From positions 320,001 through 384,000 of the forward strand of contig CAWFJP010000014.1 in the NCBI GenBank assembly GCA_963816145.1: DNA of 64,000 nucleotides. The letters run 5' to 3'. Origin of the DNA: an uncultured delta proteobacterium. Lineage in GTDB: Bacteria; Desulfobacterota; Binatia; UBA9968. The notes under the pieces are model-generated. The model did no database searches and was not told where the DNA came from. It saw only the letters and a list, made by a program, of their open reading frames with translations. The position numbers and the translations under genes were made by a program. Shown in pieces: positions 1 to 10,271 of the stretch (its first letter is position 1; every line of letters starts with the position of its first letter).

Positions 1-1335
1 CGCCATGGAATTACCGCGAAACTTTATGACGCCGCGACCCGCGTCGGCGGCCGCTGCTGGTCCCTACGGGAATTCTTCCCCGGCCAGGTGGCCGAACGCG
101 GCGGCGAGTTTATCGACACGCCGCATAAGACGTTACTTGGGTATGTGAAGGATTTCGGCTTGGCCATCGAAGATGTCGACAAGCAGCCGGGGGAAGTTTT
201 CTATTACTTCGGCGGTCAACGCTACGCCGAGAGTGCAATCGTCGATGAATACCGCGCCTTTGTTCCCGCCATGCGCTCCGATCTGCGAAAACTGTCCAAT
301 GAGCCCACGGCTGCGGATCATACCTCCGCAGACATTCTACTCGACACCTTGAGTCTTGCCGAGTATCTCGACCGGCGCGGCGCCGGCAGGCTGCTTACGT
401 CAGTGATCGAACAGGCTTACAAGGCCGAGTATGGTCTGGAAATCGACGAACAGAGCTGTCTCAACTTCTTGTTGTTTATTCACGCCGACCGGCGATCGAA
501 GTTTACGCCGTTCGGTATATTCAGCGACGAACGTTACCATGTTGTTGACGGCAACGATCGCATCGCCGAAGGCTTGAGCAGTCGCTTGCCGGGCCAGATC
601 GAAACCGGTATGCGCCTTGTGCGCGTGCTCAAAACCGGCGCTGGCAAGATCGAGCTGACCTTCGCACTGGGCGCGGCGACTCGGCAAGCGAGTTTCGACG
701 CCGCGGTGCTGGCGCTGCCGTTCACGACGCTGCGAGAGGTCGAACTCGATGCCGGCCTGGGATTGCCGACTTGGAAGATAGAAGCGATTCAGTCTTTGGG
801 CTACGGCACCAATGCCAAAATGATGCTAGGCTTCAACGGTCGTCCTTGGCTCGCCCTCGGCGGCAACGGCGAATCCTACAGTGACTTGGCGAATCATCAA
901 CTGACATGGGAGTCCAATCCAACTCGTGCCTCAATTGATCGTGGTGTGCTGACCGATTATTCGAGCGGCGCTCGCGGCGCGGCATTGAATCCGGCGAACC
1001 TCCAGGGCGAAGCCGCAACGTTTCTCAACGATCTGAACGTTGTGTTTCCCGGCGCACTGACGGCGGCGACGCGCGACGGCAGCGGCAAGCTTCGCGTCCA
1101 CCTCGAGCACTGGCCCTCCAATCCGTTAACCAAGGGGTCGTATACCTGCTACCGGCCCGGCCAGTTTACGGCCATCGCCGGCAATGAAGGCCGGCCGGTA
1201 GGCAATCTCCATTTCGCCGGCGAGCACGCCAACTCTTTCTACGAGTGGCAGGGATTCATGGAAGGCGCCGCGCTTTCCGGAATTCAGGCCGCCCGGGAGA
1301 TTCTCCAGGACGCAAAGGTCGGTGTGTTGCCCTAA
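1..1335 (+). CDS. Flavin monoamine oxidase family protein, 5'-truncated by window edge
   Basis: Frame 1 is open from base 1 (RHGITAKLYDAATRVGGRCWS...GGEFID); C-terminal LHFAGEH...GFMEGAALSG FAD motif. Confidence 0.85.
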   Translation, partial: RHGITAKLYDAATRVGGRCWSLREFFPGQVAERGGEFIDTPHKTLLGYVKDFGLAIEDVDKQPGEVFYYFGGQRYAESAIVDEYRAFVPAMRSDLRKLSNEPTAADHTSADILLDTLSLAEYLDRRGAGRLLTSVIEQAYKAEYGLEIDEQSCLNFLLFIHADRRSKFTPFGIFSDERYHVVDGNDRIAEGLSSRLPGQIETGMRLVRVLKTGAGKIELTFALGAATRQASFDAAVLALPFTTLREVELDAGLGLPTWKIEAIQSLGYGTNAKMMLGFNGRPWLALGGNGESYSDLANHQLTWESNPTRASIDRGVLTDYSSGARGAALNPANLQGEAATFLNDLNVVFPGALTAATRDGSGKLRVHLEHWPSNPLTKGSYTCYRPGQFTAIAGNEGRPVGNLHFAGEHANSFYEWQGFMEGAALSGIQAAREILQDAKVGVLP

Positions 1336-1498
1336 TTTTTGAGGCAGGGGGCTTTGCGGGCGGAGTTATATTGGCGAGGGGAAATGACCTGTCTCCTGAA
1401 AGCTTTCGGCGTGATTTGACAGTGCTGCACCTCTCGTCGTATCGTTGAACCCAATTCGTTAATTCACCTTATTGTCGTTACCAAAAGGGGAGGATTCC

Positions 1499-3196
1499 AT
1501 GGCTTATGATCTGGTTATTCGCGGTGGGCGCGTGGTCGATGGGTCGGGTTTACCGTCTTATGTTGCCGATGTCGGGGTCAAGGACGGCAAGGTTGCCGAA
1601 ATCGGCAAGGTCAAAGAGGGTGCAGCGAAAACGATCGATGCCGGCGGTCTCGCGGTTTCGCCGGGGTTTATCGATCATCATACTCATCTCGACGCGCAGA
1701 TGCTTTGGGATCCCTACGGCACTTGCGAGCCACAGCATGGCGTGACCTCGGTGGTGATGGGCAACTGCGGGTTGTCCCTGGCGCCGGTCCGGCAGGGCAT
1801 CGAAGATGCCATCGTCAAAAGTTTCGTGCGTGTCGAAGCGATCCCGCGCATTGCCCTTGATCAGGGCGTCAAATGGAACTGGCATAGCTACGGCGAGTAT
1901 CTCGACAACTTCGAAGGCAAGGTCGGCATCAACGTCGGCGGCCTGGTCGGTCATATCGCCGTGCGCCATCATGCCATGGGCGAAGAAGCGGTGGAGCGCA
2001 AGGCCACCGGCGCAGAAGTGCAAAAGATGAAGGGCTTGGTGCTCGATGCCATGGAAGGCGGCGCCTTGGGTATGTCGACCAACCGCAACGACCGCCATAT
2101 GCGCGAGGACGGCAAGCCGGTGTCGAGCCGCTTGGCGGACGACGACGAATTTTTCGCGCTCTGCGATGTCTTGGGCGAGCGCAATGCCGGCGTGATCGAA
2201 ACCATTCTAGGGCGCAATAAAGTCGAACATTTCGAATGGTATCATGAGCTGGCGAAGCGTACCCAGCGGCCGATCCTGTGGCAAAGCCTGCAGCATCGCT
2301 GGTCCGAGCCCAATCTCTGGCGCGAGCAGTTGGCGGCGGTGGAGCCGATTTTCAAGGCCGGCTACCAGGCTTACGGCTTGTCGCATACGGTGCCGTTGGT
2401 GCGCCATTTCACCATGAAAGACTGTCAAATATTCGACGAATTTCCGACTTGGAAGAACTTGATGTTTCTGCCGGTGGAAGTGCGCAAGCAGGCCTTTGCC
2501 GACGCGGATACCCGAACGAAACTACAAGGCGAGCTCGACAACCTGCGAGAGACCAACTATCACAAACGTTGGGATATTCCGAAAGTCGAAAAGGTTGTTA
2601 AACCGGAGAATCAAAAATACGTCGGCAAGACCATCGCCGAGATGGCGGCCATGCGCAATCAAGCGCCCATCGACGCCTTCCTCGATCTCGCCCTCGACGA
2701 AAACTTGGAGACGATTTTCTGGAACGCCAACAACGGCGGCGATTGGAACGCCATGGGCGAAATTCTGCGCAGCCCCTATGTGCTGATCGGCACTTCGGAT
2801 GCCGGCGCCCATGTGCTGTTCGGCGCCGACTTCGGCTACGGCACGATTCTCTTGGGTCTATGGGTGCGCGAGCGCCAAGTGATGTCTCTGGAGCAGGCGA
2901 TTCATAAGCTGACCTTTCATCCGGCTTCAATCTTCGGCTTGCAGGGGCGCGGCTTGCTGCGGCCGGGCTATGCCGCAGATATCACGATCTTCGATCCCAA
3001 GACGGTTAACGCCGAGGAGCCGGTCTGGGCCAATGATTTTCCGGCCAACAGCAAACGCATGGTGCAGCAAGCGATCGGTATGCATTACACCATCGTCAAC
3101 GGCACCGTGATCAACGATCATGGGCGCATGACCGGCGATCTGCCCGGCCAGGTGATGCGCGGGCCGCTCTACCGCCAGCATAAGGCGGCCGCGTAA
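1499..3196 (+). CDS. N-acyl-D-amino-acid deacylase-like amidohydrolase
   Basis: YDLVIRGGRVVDGSG, PGFIDHHTHLD metal motif, SDAGAH, GYAADITIFD; GGAGG RBS before ATG 1499. Confidence 0.85.
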   Translation: MAYDLVIRGGRVVDGSGLPSYVADVGVKDGKVAEIGKVKEGAAKTIDAGGLAVSPGFIDHHTHLDAQMLWDPYGTCEPQHGVTSVVMGNCGLSLAPVRQGIEDAIVKSFVRVEAIPRIALDQGVKWNWHSYGEYLDNFEGKVGINVGGLVGHIAVRHHAMGEEAVERKATGAEVQKMKGLVLDAMEGGALGMSTNRNDRHMREDGKPVSSRLADDDEFFALCDVLGERNAGVIETILGRNKVEHFEWYHELAKRTQRPILWQSLQHRWSEPNLWREQLAAVEPIFKAGYQAYGLSHTVPLVRHFTMKDCQIFDEFPTWKNLMFLPVEVRKQAFADADTRTKLQGELDNLRETNYHKRWDIPKVEKVVKPENQKYVGKTIAEMAAMRNQAPIDAFLDLALDENLETIFWNANNGGDWNAMGEILRSPYVLIGTSDAGAHVLFGADFGYGTILLGLWVRERQVMSLEQAIHKLTFHPASIFGLQGRGLLRPGYAADITIFDPKTVNAEEPVWANDFPANSKRMVQQAIGMHYTIVNGTVINDHGRMTGDLPGQVMRGPLYRQHKAAA

Positions 3197-3197
3197 T

Positions 3198-3530
3198 ATG
3201 GGAGTGAGTTATATTCCAGTTGCCCGTGTCGGCGAACTCAGTCCCGGTGCCATGAAGGAAGTCGACCTCGGCGGACGCCAAGTGCTGGTGGCGTTCGTCG
3301 AGGGCAAGTACTATGCGTTCTCGCGCCAATGTCCCCACGAAGAGGCGGATTTGAAGGAGGCGGGACAGCTGGTCAATATCAATAATGGCACACAGATCCG
3401 CTGCAACAATCACAGCTACTGCTTCGATCTTAGAACCGGCGACTGCACCCTGCCCAAGGGCGGCGCGCCGTTGACCGTGCTGCCTGCCGAAGAGCGCGGC
3501 GAAGAGGTTTGTATTCGTCTCGAGTGGTAA
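3198..3530 (+). CDS. Rieske [2Fe-2S] ferredoxin
   Basis: CPH...CNNH ligand pattern; 110 aa; starts 1 nt after the amidohydrolase stop. Confidence 0.85.
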   Translation: MGVSYIPVARVGELSPGAMKEVDLGGRQVLVAFVEGKYYAFSRQCPHEEADLKEAGQLVNINNGTQIRCNNHSYCFDLRTGDCTLPKGGAPLTVLPAEERGEEVCIRLEW

Positions 3531-3633
3531 TTCCTGGTTGGCGATTTTTGTCGCGTTTTGACGGGCGCGAGCTCAAGTCCGGCCGCGCCAAGTAGGGCGC
3601 GGACGGGCAATGTTGCCATCGGCGCCGGCAAGT

Positions 3634-4539
3634 ATGCTCATGCAAAGAAATAAATTGCTCCTCGCTGTGCGCGCGCTTGCACTGGTCTTGGTGGTCACCG
3701 GCATTAGCGCGCATTTCGCGCAGCTCTGGGCCGAGGAAAAAATTTTTCTTTGGAAGGCTCCGGGCGACAAGAACACCGTCTATATTCTAGGTTCGATTCA
3801 TCTGCTCAAACGCGAGCACGCGACGCTAAAACCGATTGTCCAGGAGGTCTTTGGCAAGAGCCGTCGTTTGGTGTTGGAGATCGACTTGCTCAAAGAGGGG
3901 CCGGCCAAGTTTCAGCAGCTGTTGATGCAGAAAGGTTTAAATCTCGACGGTACGCAGCTGCAGCAGCAACTATTACCGGAGACGTATGAATTGACCGCGC
4001 AACGTGCCGCCGATTTGGGTCTGGATCTCAAGCTCTTGGCGTCGTTTAAACCTTGGGTCGTGGCTTTGACCATGGTGGTGATGGAGCTGCAGAAGTTGGG
4101 CTACGATCCGAATTCGGGCATCGATCATCAACTGGCGCAGCGGGCCAAGCAGGCGAACAAGCCGGTCTCCGGTTTGGAAACCGCCGAGTTCCAGATCGAT
4201 TTCTTCAGTCGCTTGAGCCCCCCGGAGCAAGACATGTTCCTGCGCCGGTCGTTGCTTGAAATGGACCAGCTCGAAAAATCCGTCGACGATATGGTCGACG
4301 CGTGGAATCGTGGCGATGTCGAACGTGGCGAGAAGTTGTTTCTTGAAAGCATGCGCGACTATCCAGAGCTGAAAACCAAATTAATCGATGAACGCAATCG
4401 TAGGTGGATACCGCAACTCGAACAATTTCTTAAACAAGACGAAGACATCCTCGTCGTGGTCGGCGCCGCGCACTTGGTCGGCAAAGAGGGCGTCATCGAG
4501 TTACTCAAAGCGCGCGGCTACAAGTTGGAGCAAATGTAA
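3634..4539 (+). CDS. TraB/GumN family protein (exported)
   Basis: Signal peptide; YILGSIH, GLET..FQ, ERNRRW, VVVGAAHLVG motifs; start uncertain (3610/3634/3640). Confidence 0.85.
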   Translation: MLMQRNKLLLAVRALALVLVVTGISAHFAQLWAEEKIFLWKAPGDKNTVYILGSIHLLKREHATLKPIVQEVFGKSRRLVLEIDLLKEGPAKFQQLLMQKGLNLDGTQLQQQLLPETYELTAQRAADLGLDLKLLASFKPWVVALTMVVMELQKLGYDPNSGIDHQLAQRAKQANKPVSGLETAEFQIDFFSRLSPPEQDMFLRRSLLEMDQLEKSVDDMVDAWNRGDVERGEKLFLESMRDYPELKTKLIDERNRRWIPQLEQFLKQDEDILVVVGAAHLVGKEGVIELLKARGYKLEQM

Positions 4540-5033
4540 TGACGGAACAAAATCAACAACTCAAATCGATCCTGGTGGCGGATTGGATGAGCGAAAATGT
4601 GCTGGCCGTGGATACCTACGATAGCATCGCCATCGCCCGGCAGCTCATGGCGAAGCACCGGGTCAATCAGTTGCCGGTGCTCGACAACGAGCATATCGTC
4701 GGCATCGTCACGGATCGGGATATCCGCGACGCCTATCCGACCAGCATGATGATCGACCAGACCAAGGCGATCGACAGTTTCGCCGAAAAAATCACCGTCG
4801 AGGAAGTAATGACGCACGATGTTCTGATCGTACGGCCGGACACGCCGTTGGCGACGGCGGTAGGATTGCTGCGCAAACATCGCATCGGCTCGTTGCCGGT
4901 GGTAAAAGACAAGAACTTGGTTGGGATCATCACACGCAGCGATATTCTCGATTTTGTTCTTGATGGCGAGCCTAAGCGCAAGCGGTTGCTGGCCAAAGCG
5001 CCCCCGGTCAAAGCCAAGAAAAAAACTAAATAG
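4539..5033 (+). CDS. CBS-pair domain protein (AcuB-like)
   Basis: Two CBS repeats (LPVLD..IVGIVTDRDI; LPVVKD..LVGIITRSDI). Confidence 0.85.
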   Translation: MTEQNQQLKSILVADWMSENVLAVDTYDSIAIARQLMAKHRVNQLPVLDNEHIVGIVTDRDIRDAYPTSMMIDQTKAIDSFAEKITVEEVMTHDVLIVRPDTPLATAVGLLRKHRIGSLPVVKDKNLVGIITRSDILDFVLDGEPKRKRLLAKAPPVKAKKKTK

Positions 5034-5077
5034 TTGCACTTTCCGGGCCTTCACGGATATCCAAGGGGAGAGGGAAT

Positions 5078-5572
5078 ATGCCGTCATTCGATATTGTCAG
5101 CCGCATTGATTTGCAGGAGGTCGACAACGCGGTGAACATTACCAGCAAGACTATTCTAACCCGCTACGATTTCCGCGGTTCTAAGACCGAAATCTCGCTG
5201 GACAAAAAAGAGAAAAAACTTTTCGTGACCACGGAAGACGACATGAAAATGCGGGCGATTCAGGACACCCTGATCGAGAACCTGGTTAAGCGGAAAGTTG
5301 ACCGCCGCTGTTTGGATCCCAAAACCACCGAGCCGGCCGCCCACGGCATGATCAAACGCGAGATCGCCATCAAAGACGGCGTCGACTCGGACAACGCGCG
5401 GGCGATCGTCAAGTTGATCAAGGATAAGAAGTTAAAAGTCCAAGCCGCCATGCAAGAAAATCAGGTGCGGGTGACCGGCAAGAAGATTGACGATTTGCAG
5501 GAAGTGATTCAGATGCTGCGCGGCGCGGAGATCCCAATTCCACTGCAGTTCGTTAACATGCAGAGCCGCTGA
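5078..5572 (+). CDS. yajQ: YajQ family nucleotide/c-di-GMP-binding protein
   Basis: MPSFDIVS..D.QEVDNAVN, RYDFRGSK, VRVTGKKIDDLQ, PLQFVN. Confidence 0.93.
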   Translation: MPSFDIVSRIDLQEVDNAVNITSKTILTRYDFRGSKTEISLDKKEKKLFVTTEDDMKMRAIQDTLIENLVKRKVDRRCLDPKTTEPAAHGMIKREIAIKDGVDSDNARAIVKLIKDKKLKVQAAMQENQVRVTGKKIDDLQEVIQMLRGAEIPIPLQFVNMQSR

Positions 5573-5599
5573 AAAATATCATTAAGATTGGAGCCGGCG

Positions 5600-5995
5600 A
5601 TGGAGAAAATCAAAAAAACCGATGACGAATGGAAGAAACAACTGAGCGAAGAGCAGTACCAGGTGGCCCGCAAGAAGGGCACCGAGCGTGCCTTCACCGG
5701 CGCCTATTGGGACAACCATGAGAAGGGCACGTACCGCTGTAGTTGCTGCGGCAACGAACTGTTTAGCTCGGAGACCAAGTTCGACTCCGGCACCGGTTGG
5801 CCGAGCTTTTGGGCGCCGCTGGCGACGGACAAAGTCGAGACCGAAGAGGATAACAGCTACGGCATGCGTCGGGTTGAAGCGCTGTGCAGTAGATGCGATG
5901 CCCACCTGGGCCATGTCTTCGATGACGGCCCCAATCCGACCCATCTACGTTACTGCATCAATTCGGCGTCGCTTAAGTTCGACAAAGACAAATAG
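5600..5995 (+). CDS. msrB: Peptide-methionine (R)-S-oxide reductase
   Basis: [39 protein letters not shown]. Confidence 0.95.
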   Translation: MEKIKKTDDEWKKQLSEEQYQVARKKGTERAFTGAYWDNHEKGTYRCSCCGNELFSSETKFDSGTGWPSFWAPLATDKVETEEDNSYGMRRVEALCSRCDAHLGHVFDDGPNPTHLRYCINSASLKFDKDK

Positions 5996-5996
5996 G

Positions 5997-6452
5997 GTGA
6001 GCGAACTCGCTTTTCAGGATCAAGGCTCGGTGCACCACTGCCATGGCTGCGGTGCGGCGAACGAAAAAGGTCTGCGGCTGAAAAGCTACTGGGACGGCGA
6101 GGAGGCTGTCGCGCGCTGGCGCGCCGAGCCGCATTACTGCGGCGGCAGCCCGGAAAATCTCAACGGCGGTATCATCGCTACGCTAATCGACTGCCATTGC
6201 TTGAATCTAGCAATCGCCCACGCTTATCGCGCCGCCGGCCGCGCCATTGGCAGCGCACCGCGGATCGGTTATGTGACGGCCAATTTGAACATTACCTATT
6301 TGAAACCGACGCCGCTTAACGAGACCATTGGCTTGCGCGCCCGGATCGCCAAACTCGAAGGGCGCAAAGCCTGGGTCAATTGCGCCCTCAGCGCCGCCGG
6401 AATCGTGTGTGCGACGGGCGAAGTCTTAGGCGTACGGGTGGAATGGCAATAA
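5997..6452 (+). CDS. PaaI family (hotdog) thioesterase
   Basis: GTG start 1 nt after the msrB stop; CHGCG..N..GL, NGGIIATLIDCH, VTANLNITYLKPTP. Confidence 0.8.
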   Translation: MSELAFQDQGSVHHCHGCGAANEKGLRLKSYWDGEEAVARWRAEPHYCGGSPENLNGGIIATLIDCHCLNLAIAHAYRAAGRAIGSAPRIGYVTANLNITYLKPTPLNETIGLRARIAKLEGRKAWVNCALSAAGIVCATGEVLGVRVEWQ

Positions 6453-6458
6453 CCGAAA

Positions 6459-6556
6459 TTGTTCAAGCAGTTCAAAAAGTTCAAAGCGTTCAAGTCGTCT
6501 GAAAAAGAACCTCCGATACTGTTTGAACTTATTCAACGACTCGAACGATTTGAACG
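6459..6556. repeat. Inverted arrays of about 9-nt GTTCAA units
   Basis: gttcaagcagttcaaaaagttcaaagcgttcaag ... tttgaac..ctcgaacgatttgaac; related copies at 34441-34480, 42543-42577 and 63870-63965. Confidence 0.7.
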
Positions 6557-6568
6557 TGCTTAGGAATT

Positions 6569-7513
6569 ATGGACTACACCACACTCGGTAAAACGGGATT
6601 GAAAGTTAGCGTGGTTGGTTTAGGCTGCGGCGGGCCGAGCCGGCTGGGGATGCGCGGCGACGTCGGCGCGGAAGATCATGCGGTTCGCTTGATCAAGCAG
6701 GCGCTCGATCTCGGCGTCAACTTTCTCGACACCGCGCAGAATTACGGCACCGAGGGCGTTGTCGGCAAGGCGATTGCCGGGATGCCGCGGGATCATGTGG
6801 TCATCTCGACCAAGAAGACCTTGCCAACCGCCGATGAGGCGAATCCGGAAGCGGCGATTGTCCAAGGATTGGAGAAGAGTCTAAAACTTCTCGGCACCGA
6901 TTATATCGATATCTATCATTTGCACGGCGTTGAGCCCAAGGATTACGAATTCGCGCAAAACCGGCTGATCGAGCCGATGCGCCGGCTCCAGGAGCAGGGC
7001 AAGATTCGTTTTGTCGGTGTCACCGAAGGGTTTGTCGTCGACACGAGTCACACGATGTTGGCCGACAGTCTCAAGAAAAATCTCTGGGACGTGATCATGG
7101 TAGGTTTCAGTTTGCTCAATCCATCGGCGCGGAAAAACATTTTCCCACTGACTCTAAAGAGCCGCGTCGGCGTGCTCGATATGTTCGCTGTGCGTCGCGC
7201 TCTGAGTCAACCTACGCGGCTCAAGGAGATGTGTGTCGAGTTAGTTGAGAAAGGCGCCATCGCAAAAGGCGCGCTCGATCTTAACGATCCTCTCGGTTTC
7301 TTGCTCAAAGAAACCGACGCCGCGACGTTGCCGGAGGCGGCGTATCGTTACTGCCGCCATGAGCAAGGTGTCGACGTCGTTCTCACCGGTACCGGCAATC
7401 CCGATCACCTAAAAGAAAACATCGCCGCGATTCTGAAACCGCCGCTGCCCGAAGCGGCGTTGGCTCAACTTGAGAGCTTGTTCGGCGGTTTAGATACCTT
7501 GACCGGGAATTAA
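6569..7513 (+). CDS. Aldo/keto reductase
   Basis: LGKTGLKVSVVGLG, FLDTAQNYG, LGTDYIDIYHLH, GKIRFVGV. Confidence 0.9.
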   Translation: MDYTTLGKTGLKVSVVGLGCGGPSRLGMRGDVGAEDHAVRLIKQALDLGVNFLDTAQNYGTEGVVGKAIAGMPRDHVVISTKKTLPTADEANPEAAIVQGLEKSLKLLGTDYIDIYHLHGVEPKDYEFAQNRLIEPMRRLQEQGKIRFVGVTEGFVVDTSHTMLADSLKKNLWDVIMVGFSLLNPSARKNIFPLTLKSRVGVLDMFAVRRALSQPTRLKEMCVELVEKGAIAKGALDLNDPLGFLLKETDAATLPEAAYRYCRHEQGVDVVLTGTGNPDHLKENIAAILKPPLPEAALAQLESLFGGLDTLTGN

Positions 7514-7538
7514 TTGCCGCTAGAAAGACTTCCGGAGG

Positions 7539-7576
7539 CCCTCACCCTAACCCTCTCCCATCGGAATGGGCGAGGG
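7539..7576. repeat. REP-like hairpin (ccctcaccctaaccctctccc family)
   Basis: ccctctcccat-cgga-atgggcgaggg between convergent genes; reverse-complement copy at about 35549-35588. Confidence 0.7.
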
Positions 7577-7599
7577 AACTTTCGCAGTTCATGGTATGT

Positions 7600-8721
7600 C
7601 TATTCGGCGGACGACTGCGCTTGGAACAACTTCGAGTATTGTTCCCAAGGCGCCGGCGCGACGCGCGCAGCGGCAAGAGTATCCTCAACATGTTTTTGTT
7701 GCTTCATGCCGACAAGCGCGGTGGTGACGCCGGGCGTCGAGCGGACGAACTGCAAGGCGCGCTGCGCGTCGCTTTCCAGGCCGGCGAAGGTTTCAGCGAT
7801 GACCGGCGGCAGATCGCGGCTGAGCTGGCCTTGCAAGATTGAGGCGCTGCACATCACCGTGAGGCCAAAATCCTGGGCGACTTCGAGCACGTTATGTTGA
7901 TGGCCATGGGCCGGCTGATTGGCATTGGTTAGCGCTTCGCTCATGCCGAGGTTGAGCGGCAATTGGATGACTTTGAAATGGTGCTGTTTGCCGCCGGCCT
8001 TTTCGGCCAACTCGACGACATGCGATAACGACAAATAATCTTTGGCGCCGGCGGCATTGCGAAAGCAATTCCAGGTTGCCATGCCGTACATTTGAATCTT
8101 GCCAGCCCCCACCGCGCTCTCCAATGCTCTGAACGCTTTGACCAGGCGATCATCGAATTCCCCGGCGGTTACTTTGCTTAACTGCGTTTCCGGGTTGTGC
8201 ACGTAATAGATATCTATGGTTTCGACATCGAGATTGCGCAGACTGCAATCGAGCTGGTTGAGCAGATATTTGGGCGCTATGCAGTGGCAGCCGCTGACGA
8301 TATCGGCAGCGCCGGCGAGGCCGGTCTTGATAAAAGTGTTCTCGATGTATTGGCGCGGTTCCTTGGGCGGCGTGCCGTCATAGGGTATGAAGCCGCCTTT
8401 GGTGGCGACGACGATCTCGTCGCGGTTGAAACCCTGGCCGCCGAGTTCTTTGAGCGCCGTGCCGATGGAGCGTTCGCTGCGCTGGAGGCGGTAGTTGATG
8501 GCGCTGTCGAAGACGTTGCAGCCGGCGCCGACCGCCGTGACGACGGCTTGGTGATATTGTTGATCGGTGGCGTCGTCATAGTTCCCCAAGTAAGTGCCGA
8601 GGCCAATGGACGACAACCAAAGATCTTGTGCCTGGCGAAAATGCTCGCTAGGAAGCTTGTCGGCGAATCGCTTGCGGTAACGGTCGGTGCCGGCGAGTGA
8701 TGCCTGTCCGGGAATTTTCAT
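7600..8721 (-). CDS. Aldo/keto reductase
   Basis: SSIGLGTYLG, FDSAINYR, IDIYYVHNPE. Confidence 0.85.
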   Translation of the reverse strand: MKIPGQASLAGTDRYRKRFADKLPSEHFRQAQDLWLSSIGLGTYLGNYDDATDQQYHQAVVTAVGAGCNVFDSAINYRLQRSERSIGTALKELGGQGFNRDEIVVATKGGFIPYDGTPPKEPRQYIENTFIKTGLAGAADIVSGCHCIAPKYLLNQLDCSLRNLDVETIDIYYVHNPETQLSKVTAGEFDDRLVKAFRALESAVGAGKIQMYGMATWNCFRNAAGAKDYLSLSHVVELAEKAGGKQHHFKVIQLPLNLGMSEALTNANQPAHGHQHNVLEVAQDFGLTVMCSASILQGQLSRDLPPVIAETFAGLESDAQRALQFVRSTPGVTTALVGMKQQKHVEDTLAAARVAPAPWEQYSKLFQAQSSAE

Positions 8722-9200
8722 TTGGATCCTTTTCCTTTCGCGCCGGCGCCGCGAAATAGCAGGCCGTCGAGGCCGAGGGTGCGGCCGGGACCGGCAAGCA
8801 CGAAGATGGCGAGTGAGATGATATAAAATTGTTGATGGGCCAGCAGATAACCGCCGCGCGCCATGCCGGGGCCGAGATAATAATTGACCAGCATGACGAG
8901 CCCGACAAACGCGCTCAAGCGGGTGAACAAACCGAAGAGCAGGCAGACGCCCGCGGCGATCTCGCCGATCATAACCAGGTAGCCGACCAGCTCGCTATGC
9001 GGCACGACGTAGTTTTGCAGAAAGACTTTGTACCATGGATAGAGATCAAGGCTGGCGATATCGCCGATCTGCCGGCCGATCCAGTCGCCTTTGGGAAAAT
9101 GGCGCTGAAACTTACCGATCCCCTGAAAGAACAGATAATAACCGCAGTAGATGCGCAAGACGGATAAATACCAGAGGTAGGTTCGTTCTCTGAAATTCAT
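8718..9200 (-). CDS. DoxX family membrane protein
   Basis: LRIYCG, GEIAAGVCLLFGLFTR, GPGRTLGLDG. Confidence 0.8.
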   Translation of the reverse strand: MNFRERTYLWYLSVLRIYCGYYLFFQGIGKFQRHFPKGDWIGRQIGDIASLDLYPWYKVFLQNYVVPHSELVGYLVMIGEIAAGVCLLFGLFTRLSAFVGLVMLVNYYLGPGMARGGYLLAHQQFYIISLAIFVLAGPGRTLGLDGLLFRGAGAKGKGSK

Positions 9201-9272
9201 TACGCTCCTGGGAATTCGCTAACGATCCCTGCCGGCGCGAAGCGTGGTCACGGGACGGGGCACTCGGTGATG

Positions 9273-10040
9273 CTAGAACGCATCCTTCATTTTCCGCACC
9301 GCTGCGAACACCGAGACAGGATCGGAGCGGGTACTCGGGGCGGCGGCTTTCGCACTAGCTTGGATTTCCTTGCTGTCCCAGCGCAAAAACGGATTTGTCT
9401 GTTTCTCTTCTTCCATGGTCGACGGTACCGTCGAGGCGCCGCGGGCGCGCAGCCCTTGGATGCGCTCGAAGCGCGCCGCCAGTTTGGGATTCTTCCCTTC
9501 GACGGTCATGGCGAAGCGGAGGTTGCTTTCGGTATACTCATGGCCGCAATACACTTGGGTATTGTCGGGCAGGGACATGAGTTTTTTTAGCGAGCCGTGC
9601 ATTTGCTCTGGGGTGCCTTCGAAAAGTCTGCCGCAACCGGCGGTGAACAGCGTGTCGCCGCAAAAAAGATTGTTGTCGAATAGATAAGCGACATGACCGG
9701 TGGTGTGGCCGGGAATGAAGAACACCTTGCCCGTAAGTTCGCCGATTTGAATCGTGTCGCCCTCATCGACACCGTCGGTCAAGCCGAAGACTCGCGTCTG
9801 ATCGCTCTTGTGCGCGTAGACTTTCAGTGGGTGCTTGGCCAGCAGCCCTTCATTGCCGCCGGTATGATCGCGGTGGTGGTGCGTGTTCAAAATCGCCACC
9901 GGATCGACTTTTTCTTGCTCGATGCGGCGCAGCACCGGTTCGGCTTCCGACGGGTCGACGATGGCGGCTTGGTTGGTCTTCTCACAGACGATCAAATAAC
10001 CGTAGTTATCTCGCAATAGCGGGATTTGCAGTATCTTCAT
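9273..10040 (-). CDS. gloB: Hydroxyacylglutathione hydrolase (glyoxalase II)
   Basis: DNYGYL, THHHRDHTGG, PGHTTGH, FCGDTLF..GCGR, CGHEYT, NPFLR. Confidence 0.92.
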   Translation of the reverse strand: MKILQIPLLRDNYGYLIVCEKTNQAAIVDPSEAEPVLRRIEQEKVDPVAILNTHHHRDHTGGNEGLLAKHPLKVYAHKSDQTRVFGLTDGVDEGDTIQIGELTGKVFFIPGHTTGHVAYLFDNNLFCGDTLFTAGCGRLFEGTPEQMHGSLKKLMSLPDNTQVYCGHEYTESNLRFAMTVEGKNPKLAARFERIQGLRARGASTVPSTMEEEKQTNPFLRWDSKEIQASAKAAAPSTRSDPVSVFAAVRKMKDAF

Positions 10041-10271
10041 AAGTTTTCCCAAAAGATGTGACTGGTGGAGTAAATCGATTTGGATTCTAGTCGGAACCGC
10101 GCACCTTTTCAAATACCGGCGCAATTCTGTTGTCGTTGAACGGCGCGGCCGATCCAAGCATCCATGACGACCACCCGGCGTCGCACTTCCCTTGGACGTC
10201 ATTGCGTTGCTACGACGCGAGAATGAATCTGCTTGACCCTGTACTCAGAGGTTCTCTATAGTGCCGTTATT

